A stretch of DNA of 64,000 nt from an uncultured Bacilli bacterium. Its GTDB lineage: Bacteria; Bacillota_I; Bacilli_A; RF39; UBA660. The stretch lies in the NCBI GenBank assembly GCA_944358675.1, contig CALVRN010000002.1, positions 43,955 through 107,954 of the forward strand, read 5' to 3'. This document shows, one piece after another, positions 8,969 through 16,715 of this stretch (its first letter is position 1; every line of letters begins with the position of its first letter). Under the pieces are notes generated by a model that made no database searches, had not been told where the DNA came from, and saw nothing but the letters and a program-made list of their open reading frames with translations. A program made the position numbers and the translations under genes.

Positions 8969-10005
8969 TTAAACCAAAAAAATTATGTAAAGGTGATACT
9001 ATCGCAATTGTCAGTCTTTCAAGTGGAACAGCTGGAGATGCATTATTTAAACATAGGTATGAGCAAGGAAAAAGAAGATTGGAAGAAGTCTTTGGACTAA
9101 AAGTTGTCACCATGCCAAACGCTTTAAAAGGAAGTGAATATCTTTCTAAACATCCAGAGGCCCGTGCTAAAGATTTTATGGATGCAATTAAAGATAAAAA
9201 TATAAAAGGCATTATAAGTAATATAGGAGGTGCTGATACTGTTAGGTTACTTCCTTACATAGATTTTGATGCAATAAAAAACAACCCCAAAGTATTTATG
9301 GGATATTCTGACACAACAGTAAATCATTTTATGATGTATAAAGCCGGTGTAACTTCATATTATGGACCATCAGTAATGGGAGAATTTGCTGAAAACTTTG
9401 AAATGCATGAATATACCAAAAAATACATAAATGAAGTACTATTTCAAAATAAAGAAAGTATTAAAATAACATCAAGCCCAAAATGGACTAGTGAATTTTT
9501 AGATTGGGCGAATGCAGAATATGATAATGTAAACAGAAAAATGAATGATGAAAAACATGGATATGAAATTTTACAAGGTCAAGGAAGTGTAGAAGGTTAT
9601 TTGCTTGGTGGCTGTTTTGATGTATTTCCGATGTTTATAGGTACAGAGATATGGCCAAAAAAGGATGATTGGAAAGGGAAAATTTTATTTTTAGAAACTA
9701 GTGAAGATGAGGTTGAACCTGATTATATTGAATACTATTTAAGAAATTTAATAGCACAAGGAATAATTGATGAAATTAATGGAATCATTATTGGAAAACC
9801 ACAAGATGAAAAATATTATGATGAATACAAAGAAGTGTATAAAAGACTTATTTCTGAAGAAGCAGGTAGACCAGATTTACCAATTTTATATAATGTAAAT
9901 ATTGGTCATACAGCTCCAATGTGCATTTTCCCTATGGGACAAAAAATAAAACTAGATCTTGATAATAAAGAAATCGTTTTTTTAGAAAAACCGATGAGTG
10001 AATAA
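8965..10005 (+). CDS. S66 serine peptidase, MccF (microcin C7 self-immunity) / LD-carboxypeptidase family
   Basis: 346 aa. KGDTIAIVSLSSG, nucleophile elbow MGYSDTT, and C-terminal NIGHTAP histidine. Size and N-terminal region resemble Firmicute MccF-like proteins. The start overlaps the previous stop (ATGA). Confidence 0.8.
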   Translation: MIKPKKLCKGDTIAIVSLSSGTAGDALFKHRYEQGKRRLEEVFGLKVVTMPNALKGSEYLSKHPEARAKDFMDAIKDKNIKGIISNIGGADTVRLLPYIDFDAIKNNPKVFMGYSDTTVNHFMMYKAGVTSYYGPSVMGEFAENFEMHEYTKKYINEVLFQNKESIKITSSPKWTSEFLDWANAEYDNVNRKMNDEKHGYEILQGQGSVEGYLLGGCFDVFPMFIGTEIWPKKDDWKGKILFLETSEDEVEPDYIEYYLRNLIAQGIIDEINGIIIGKPQDEKYYDEYKEVYKRLISEEAGRPDLPILYNVNIGHTAPMCIFPMGQKIKLDLDNKEIVFLEKPMSE

Positions 10006-10029
10006 TTTAAAGCGTATAATTATTGTTTC

Positions 10030-10058
10030 AAGCCTTGCACATTAAAGTGTAAGGCTTT
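10030..10058 (+). terminator. hairpin closing the 3454-10005 operon
   Basis: AAGCCTTGCAC-ATTAAA-GTGTAAGGCTT, an 11-bp stem with one G-U, followed by a short T-rich tail (TAT TAT). Confidence 0.55.
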
Positions 10059-10143
10059 ATTATAATAAATTAATTAATAATAAAAAACTAATATAAATGA
10101 AAAGTAATGTGATTAATTAAAGTGAATGAAAAGGAGCAACAAA

Positions 10144-10806
10144 ATGAAACAAGAAAAGAAATACTATATATATGAAATGAATGGAGTAACTCTCCAAATA
10201 ATATCAGTTATATTTTTAATTATTATGATATTTATAACTTTCTTTTTTTCTAATGAGATTATCATGACTGATAAAAATTTTGAATTAATATTTTTACTTA
10301 TCATTCCATATCTAATTCTCCACGAATTACTTCATAGTATAGCTTACGTTATTAATGGTGCCAAATTCAAAAACATTACCTATGGTGCTCATCTAGAAAA
10401 GGGGATATTATGTTGTTTATGTAAACAAAATGTGAGTAAAAGAAATATCTTAATTTCTTTACTATTCCCATTCATCATAATTGGTGTTATTACTTATATC
10501 ATAGGAATTCTTACAAACAATACTGTCTTAATTTGGTTGTCTATTTTAAATATATCAGGATGTTCAGCTGACTTAATCATGTTTTTTGATCTATTAAAAT
10601 TAAAAGACTTTGAATACTCAGAATACGATAATCCAATGGCTTTCGGATTATACACAAGTAAAGATTTAAGTAAAACCAAACTATTTGGTCTAAAATATAT
10701 TAAACAAACAAACGAATTAGAAAAACACAACTTAAAAAAAGTAAACATCAGTAAAACCAGTATAATAATTTTCATCATATTTATGGTTTTAATATTAATT
10801 TATTAA
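10144..10806 (+). CDS. polytopic membrane protein with HExxH (DUF3267-like putative zincin)
   Basis: Several hydrophobic segments and HELLHS at the start of TM2. RBS AAAGGAG favours the ATG at 10144 over the track start at 10126. Confidence 0.5.
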   Translation: MKQEKKYYIYEMNGVTLQIISVIFLIIMIFITFFFSNEIIMTDKNFELIFLLIIPYLILHELLHSIAYVINGAKFKNITYGAHLEKGILCCLCKQNVSKRNILISLLFPFIIIGVITYIIGILTNNTVLIWLSILNISGCSADLIMFFDLLKLKDFEYSEYDNPMAFGLYTSKDLSKTKLFGLKYIKQTNELEKHNLKKVNISKTSIIIFIIFMVLILIY

Positions 10807-11121
10807 AACTATTTAGTAAATAAATATAATAAACAAGTTATTGTTAAATCATCATTTGGAGAATGGCTTAACTTAAAAGATATAGAAACGCTATCAAAAT
10901 ACCAAGAAAAAATCCTGAAAATAGAATTAAAAGGATTAAAAATATGGAAAAATATATTTATATGTAATATGGACAATAAAGAATGCGATGATTATGATGA
11001 TGAAAAATCAGAAGAAAATATAGAGATTAAATGGTGAAATCACATTTTAATTGATTATGAAAGGTTATCAAAAGATAATCTTTTTTGTAAAATTTTTCCA
11101 AAAACAAAAAAATTATTCAAA

Positions 11122-11135
11122 AGAACAAATGTTCG
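11122..11135 (+). promoter_or_regulatory. LexA (SOS/Cheo) box overlapping the polymerase promoter
   Basis: AGAACAAATGTTCG matches the Gram-positive consensus CGAAC-N4-GTTCG. It lies immediately upstream of TGaTAAAAT (11136-11144) and 26 nt before the polymerase start. Confidence 0.7.
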
Positions 11136-11160
11136 TGATAAAATATAATTGGTGATATAA

Positions 11161-12648
11161 ATGGAGAAGACTTATATATGTATCGATTTAAAAAGTTTTT
11201 ATGCTTCAGTAGAATGTGTAGAAAGAGGATTAGATCCTTTAAAAACAAACCTCGTTGTTGCCGATGAAGAAAGAACAGAAAAAACCATTTGTCTTGCCGT
11301 AAGCCCATCATTAAAACAGTATGGAGTAGGTGGTAGAGCTAGACTATTTGAAGTAATATCAAAAGTAAAAGAAATAAATAAACTAAGAAAAAAACAAAAT
11401 AGTTATAAACCATTTACTGGTCAATCCTCTAATGATGATGAATTAAAAAAAGATAAAACCAAAGAATTATCTTTCATAATAGCTAAACCCAGAATGGCTC
11501 ATTATATAAATACATCAGCCAAAATCTATAGCATATATCTCAAATATTTATCAAGTGATGACATATTCGTATATTCAATTGATGAAATATTTGCCGACAT
11601 AACTAACTATTTAAAATACTATAATCTTGCCCCAGAAGAACTTGTCACCAAAATAATTAATGACATTTATAAACAAACAGGTATTACTGCCACCGCTGGC
11701 ATAGGGACCAATTTATTTCTAGCTAAAGTTGCAATGGACATCGTTGCCAAACACACAAAACCAAACAAATATGGAGTTAGAATAGCTAAGCTTAATGAAA
11801 TAACTTATCGAAAACAAATATGGTATCATAAACCAATTACCGATATTTGGCGGGTAGGTAAAGGAATAGCCAAAAGATTAGAAAAGTATGGCATCTATAC
11901 CATGGGAGATATTGCTAGATGTTCTATTCAAAACGAAGACTTACTTTATAAACTATTCGGTATAAATGCCGAACTATTAATCGATCACGCTTGGGGATAT
12001 GAGCCATGTACAATAGAGTCTATAAAATCCTATACTCCAAATAATAGATGTATAACTTCAGGTCAAGTACTTGATTGTCCATATAATTATAAAGAAACTA
12101 AATTAGTTATCTGTGAAATGGCTGATTCACTTGCCCTAGACCTTACCGCTAAAAGCCTTGTCACAGATAAACTAACCTTAACCATTGGCTATGACATTCA
12201 AAACATAAATAATAATTATGAAGGAGAAATAACCACTGACTTTTATGGAAGAAAAATCCCCAAACATGCTCATGGGACCATAACCTTAACCCATAAAACA
12301 TCATCTTCCAAAATAATTATGAATGCTTTAATAAAACTATATGATAAAATTATTAATCCCAAACTATTAATCAAAAGAATTAACCTAACCGCCATTGATG
12401 TAACAGATGAAAAATTAGAAATTCATAAAACAAAATATCATCAACTAGATTTATTTTCAGATTCAGAAAAACAAACTAACATCTTAGAAAATGAAAAAAA
12501 AGAAGAAGCAAAAGAAAGAAAACTCCAAGGAACCCTTTTAAACATTAAAGAAAAATATGGTAAAAATTCCATTTTAAAACTTATGGATTTAGAAAAAGCT
12601 GCCACCACTAAAAAGCGAAACGAACAAATAGGAGGTCATAATGCCTAA
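11161..12648 (+). CDS. Y-family (translesion) DNA polymerase, UmuC/YqjW/UvrX-like
   Basis: 495 aa. N-terminus ICIDLKSFYASVECVERGLDP...VVAD is typical of Gram-positive Y-family polymerases. Confidence 0.85.
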   Translation: MEKTYICIDLKSFYASVECVERGLDPLKTNLVVADEERTEKTICLAVSPSLKQYGVGGRARLFEVISKVKEINKLRKKQNSYKPFTGQSSNDDELKKDKTKELSFIIAKPRMAHYINTSAKIYSIYLKYLSSDDIFVYSIDEIFADITNYLKYYNLAPEELVTKIINDIYKQTGITATAGIGTNLFLAKVAMDIVAKHTKPNKYGVRIAKLNEITYRKQIWYHKPITDIWRVGKGIAKRLEKYGIYTMGDIARCSIQNEDLLYKLFGINAELLIDHAWGYEPCTIESIKSYTPNNRCITSGQVLDCPYNYKETKLVICEMADSLALDLTAKSLVTDKLTLTIGYDIQNINNNYEGEITTDFYGRKIPKHAHGTITLTHKTSSSKIIMNALIKLYDKIINPKLLIKRINLTAIDVTDEKLEIHKTKYHQLDLFSDSEKQTNILENEKKEEAKERKLQGTLLNIKEKYGKNSILKLMDLEKAATTKKRNEQIGGHNA

Positions 12649-12823
12649 CTATGATGATATTATAAATATGCCTCATCATGTATCAAAAAAAAGAAAACCA
12701 ATGTCATTAAAAAATCGTTCCGCTCAGTTTGCTCCCTTTTCGGCCTTAAAAGGTTACCAAGAAAAAATAAATGAAATCATTAGAATAAATAACAAAAAAG
12801 CAAATAAAAAATCCAAAAACTAA
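12641..12823 (+). CDS. YolD-like protein (accessory partner of Y-family polymerases)
   Basis: 60 aa. RSAQFAPFSALKGY motif. Overlaps the polymerase stop by 8 nt. Confidence 0.7.
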   Translation: MPNYDDIINMPHHVSKKRKPMSLKNRSAQFAPFSALKGYQEKINEIIRINNKKANKKSKN

Positions 12824-12890
12824 TATATTGAATAGCCTACTTTTTTATGTTATCATTTAAAGTGTTAAGTAAATAATAGGGAGGCTAAAT

Positions 12891-13544
12891 ATGGAGTATC
12901 TAATTACGTTTATCGAAGGAATCGCTTCTTTCATCTCACCATGCATATTACCTGTAATTCCAATTTATATTTCTTATTTTGCTACCGAAAGTAAAAGCAT
13001 GAAAAAATCCATCATTAATTCATTAGGCTTTGTTTGCGGATTCAGTATAATCTTTATTCTCTTAGGTGTATTTGCCGGTACTTTTGGCAAATTTGTTCAT
13101 GAGTACACAGATTATATTAATATCATCTTTGGAATATTCTTAATCATAATTGGTTTAAATTATATCGGTGTCTTATTCATCAAATTTTTAAATAAAACAA
13201 AAGGCACAAATCAAGAAAAGAAAAATTTAACATTTATAACATCAGTATTATTTGGAATAATCTTCTCATTATCATGGACCCCATGTGTCGGTGCCTTTTT
13301 ATCATCCGCTTTAATATTAGCTAGTACAACCGGCAGTGTTTTAAAAGGCGCAACCTTATTATTAATCTATTCTCTAGGACTTGCCATCCCGTTTATTGTA
13401 ACAACCTTATTCCTAGAAAAAATGAAAAGCACCTTTGACTTCATAAAGAAACATTATAATATCATAAACAAAATATCGGGAAGCATCTTAATTCTAAGTG
13501 GAGTTTGGTACACCATCACAGGAATTATCGGCATAATTGGTTAG
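12891..13544 (+). CDS. ccdA: cytochrome c biogenesis / thiol-disulfide electron transporter CcdA family
   Basis: Six hydrophobic segments. FISPCILPVIPIY and SWTPCVGAFL motifs. Confidence 0.8.
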   Translation: MEYLITFIEGIASFISPCILPVIPIYISYFATESKSMKKSIINSLGFVCGFSIIFILLGVFAGTFGKFVHEYTDYINIIFGIFLIIIGLNYIGVLFIKFLNKTKGTNQEKKNLTFITSVLFGIIFSLSWTPCVGAFLSSALILASTTGSVLKGATLLLIYSLGLAIPFIVTTLFLEKMKSTFDFIKKHYNIINKISGSILILSGVWYTITGIIGIIG

Positions 13545-13554
13545 GAGGTATAAC

Positions 13555-13992
13555 ATGAATAAAAAAGTAAAATTAATAATTGAAATCGTAATTTTTATAG
13601 CTATATTATGTGCATTCACCGGCATCTATTATTTTAGTCATAGTAACTTAGAAGAACCAGAAGAAGCTGCCAATGTCGGAATAGTTAAAGTCACTGATGA
13701 GAACTTTTCAAAAGAAGTTTTAAGTGCCGATAAACCAGTTGTCTTAGAATTTACATCTAAATCCTGTCCACCTTGTGTAGCTATGTTAACTACATTAATA
13801 GATATTGCCAAAAATAATGAAAATATCAAAATAGCAACCGTTGACATGGATGATAGTGAAAATGATGAAATCATAGAAAAATATGAAATCAGCGCTACTC
13901 CAACACTCATAATATTTGAAAATGGCAAAGTTAAAGAAACATTAGTTGGAGCCGTAAATGAAGATAAAATAATGGATGCCTTAGGAAAGTAG
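13555..13992 (+). CDS. membrane-anchored thioredoxin-like protein
   Basis: N-terminal TM, CPPC active site, thioredoxin fold pattern (ATPTLIIFENGK). RBS AGGAGG precedes the ATG at 13555. Confidence 0.75.
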   Translation: MNKKVKLIIEIVIFIAILCAFTGIYYFSHSNLEEPEEAANVGIVKVTDENFSKEVLSADKPVVLEFTSKSCPPCVAMLTTLIDIAKNNENIKIATVDMDDSENDEIIEKYEISATPTLIIFENGKVKETLVGAVNEDKIMDALGK

Positions 13993-13999
13993 GAAATAT

Positions 14000-14419
14000 A
14001 TGAAAAAAATAGATAAAAAGTTGATAGTATTTATAGTATTATTACTCGTAGCATTTGGCGTTATAGTTTTCTTAATCGATTCTAAAAACACCAAAACCTT
14101 AACCTGCACAGCCGAAGGCACCTCATCTAATATTAAAACAAAATCAAACCTAGAAATAAAAGTCAATAATAAAAAGATAAAAGATATGGTATTTACCGTT
14201 AATATGATTTTCCCAGAAGACCTTTTAGATCAAAGACAAAATTATGTTAATATGATAAGACAAACTAAACCTTATATGAGCGCCTCTGTAACCGATGATG
14301 GAATTAGATTTGTAACCAAAGAACATGGTGGTAGTTTCATAGGAATAGACACCACCCAAGAAATAACCATCTCCGAATTAAAACAAGTTTTAGAAGTGCA
14401 AGGCTATACATGTAAATAA
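14000..14419 (+). CDS. small membrane-anchored hypothetical protein
   Basis: 139-aa ORF with an N-terminal TM/signal anchor. No motif recognised. Confidence 0.4.
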   Translation: MKKIDKKLIVFIVLLLVAFGVIVFLIDSKNTKTLTCTAEGTSSNIKTKSNLEIKVNNKKIKDMVFTVNMIFPEDLLDQRQNYVNMIRQTKPYMSASVTDDGIRFVTKEHGGSFIGIDTTQEITISELKQVLEVQGYTCK

Positions 14420-14449
14420 AAGACAATCCTAAATCCTAGAATTGTCTTT

Positions 14450-15217
14450 TTAATTAATCTCATCAATAATTTCTAACCCAGTCATTTCACACGGAATATT
14501 AAATCTTTTTATATAACTTTTATCAAAATTTTTAAAATTGTTCATTCCAATATCATACACCTGCATATCCACACCATGTAACTTAAGAACAAAAACACTT
14601 TCTTTTGTATAAGCACCATAAGGATAAGCAAAAACCTTTAAATCTTGCTTTCCTAAATGCTTTTCAATCAAATCATAAGATTTCTTAACATCATCCTTAA
14701 GCTCTCTAACTGGTAGTCTATCATAAAACACATGTTTCGTACTATGACTAAAAATCTCAACCAAACCACTTTCATACATAATTTCACACTGTCTCCAAGA
14801 TAAATACTTTTTACCATCAATCATCTTCCCAATATTATCCGTAACTATAAAAATAGAAGCCTTCACATTATACTTTTCTAAAATCGGGAAAATATATCTG
14901 TAATTACTATAATAACCATCATCAAACGTAATTAAAATCGGTTTATTAGGAAGTTCTTTCTTCCCGTTATAAGCATCATCTAAATCTTCAAACGATAAAA
15001 AAGTATAACCATTATCTAATAATGTTTTAATATTTTCTTCAAAACTTAAAGGTGTATTTATATAATTAAAATCATCCGGATCTTCATCAGGAACCCTCAC
15101 CACAAAATCGTGATATAAAAGTATCGGAATATCTATATTTTCTCTTTTGTCTCTCTTTAAACAAATAACTCCAATAATAATTAAAACAAGAATAATTAAT
15201 ATAACTATCTTTTTCAT
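14450..15217 (-). CDS. polysaccharide deacetylase (NodB/IcaB-like), membrane anchored
   Basis: ILITFDDGYYSNY and HSTKH motifs, N-terminal TM. Several in-frame starts (15229/15223/15217); the last has the best RBS spacing. Confidence 0.75.
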   Translation of the reverse strand: MKKIVILIILVLIIIGVICLKRDKRENIDIPILLYHDFVVRVPDEDPDDFNYINTPLSFEENIKTLLDNGYTFLSFEDLDDAYNGKKELPNKPILITFDDGYYSNYRYIFPILEKYNVKASIFIVTDNIGKMIDGKKYLSWRQCEIMYESGLVEIFSHSTKHVFYDRLPVRELKDDVKKSYDLIEKHLGKQDLKVFAYPYGAYTKESVFVLKLHGVDMQVYDIGMNNFKNFDKSYIKRFNIPCEMTGLEIIDEIN

Positions 15218-15303
15218 AATCATCACCACTTTATCATATTCAAACCCTTACAAATAGTAACCATCCTTTTCCCAGCCTCATAAGATAGAGTAAAGGTGAT
15301 AGA

Positions 15304-16575
15304 ATGATTATAGTATTAATTATTTCACTTTTGTATCTTGTATTTGCTATATGTATTAATATTAATTGGATTCAAGATATTGCTTGCTATTTCGGTTATC
15401 CAATAGCTATATACCTTGTAACCTTTGTCGCTTTAATACCAGGCTTTATTTATATGTTCACACTTTTAAGCTTATTATTTATGAAAAAAGAAAGAAAACA
15501 TTGTCAAAAAAACGAATGTGATGTAACCGTATTAGTACCCGTATATAATGCTAAAAAGACCATCAAAAAAACCATCGAATCTATTACATGTCAAAAATAT
15601 CATGGAAAAATACACATAATTGCTATAGATGATGGATCGGCCGATGGTTCATTAGAATTATTAAAGAAAATAAACTGTGATAACCAAATAACTATATTAG
15701 AAACAAAACATAGAGGAAAATCCTATGCCTTAAACGAAGGACTAAAACATGTCCAAACAGATTATGTCATCACCGTAGATAGCGACACCACACTTCATCC
15801 GCTAGCACTAAAAAACATCATGAACAAACTAGTAAATTCAGAAGAAAAAGTAGTAGCTACTGCCGGAAGCATATTCGTCAAAAATGATCAAACAAACTTT
15901 GTCACTAAACTCGAGCAGTGGGATTATACCTTAGGAATTTTTGGCGTAAAACTATATCAAGGAAGCTACCATTCTACTTTAGTAGCCCAAGGTGCTTTCA
16001 GTGCCTATAAAACAAAACAAATAAAAGAAATAGGTGGCTGGAGACCATGCGTTGGTGAAGACATTGTCTTAACATGGAACCTACTATCAAAAGGTTATCA
16101 AACAAACTTTGCCAAAAACGCCGTTGCTTTCACCGAAGCCCCAGACACCTTCAAAGGACTATTTAGACAAAGAAAAAGATGGGCGAGAGGTATGATTGAA
16201 GCCTTTAAACAAACAAAAATCATAACCTCAAAAAAACTAAACCTAAAGTCAAAATTTTTAATGTGCATGAATATATTTTTCCCATTTGTCGACTTCGCAC
16301 TCTTAATATTTATCCCTCTAGGACTCATCTCCTTACTATTCCATAATAATTTATTCATGGGCCTTCTAACTCTATTAGTAATATTACTTGGTATGATATT
16401 ATGCTTAGTTATAGAAATAAAAAGACAAAATGTATTTAGAGAAATAGACTGTAAATTAGAAAAAAGAAGCATACTTGCATTCATTTTTTATGCACTATTT
16501 TATGCATTTATTCTCGCACCATTTTGTCTAACTGGATATATTAAAGAATTAGTAAATACTAAAAAAGAATGGTAA
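15304..16575 (+). CDS. family 2 glycosyltransferase, processive synthase type (IcaA/PgaC-like)
   Basis: VLVPVYNA, IDDGSADGS, VDSDT and QRKRWARG (QxxRW) motifs, with N- and C-terminal TM segments. Confidence 0.75.
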   Translation: MIIVLIISLLYLVFAICININWIQDIACYFGYPIAIYLVTFVALIPGFIYMFTLLSLLFMKKERKHCQKNECDVTVLVPVYNAKKTIKKTIESITCQKYHGKIHIIAIDDGSADGSLELLKKINCDNQITILETKHRGKSYALNEGLKHVQTDYVITVDSDTTLHPLALKNIMNKLVNSEEKVVATAGSIFVKNDQTNFVTKLEQWDYTLGIFGVKLYQGSYHSTLVAQGAFSAYKTKQIKEIGGWRPCVGEDIVLTWNLLSKGYQTNFAKNAVAFTEAPDTFKGLFRQRKRWARGMIEAFKQTKIITSKKLNLKSKFLMCMNIFFPFVDFALLIFIPLGLISLLFHNNLFMGLLTLLVILLGMILCLVIEIKRQNVFREIDCKLEKRSILAFIFYALFYAFILAPFCLTGYIKELVNTKKEW

Positions 16576-16715
16576 TAACATAGATTACAAAGTGAAAATA
16601 AAAGACTATTAAAAAGCAACTAATAACTTTTAATAGTCCTTTTTATTATAATTTTTAAAACCCAAACTTGAATCAAAACTACCAATAATATATAATTTTA
16701 TTAGAGGTGATAAAC

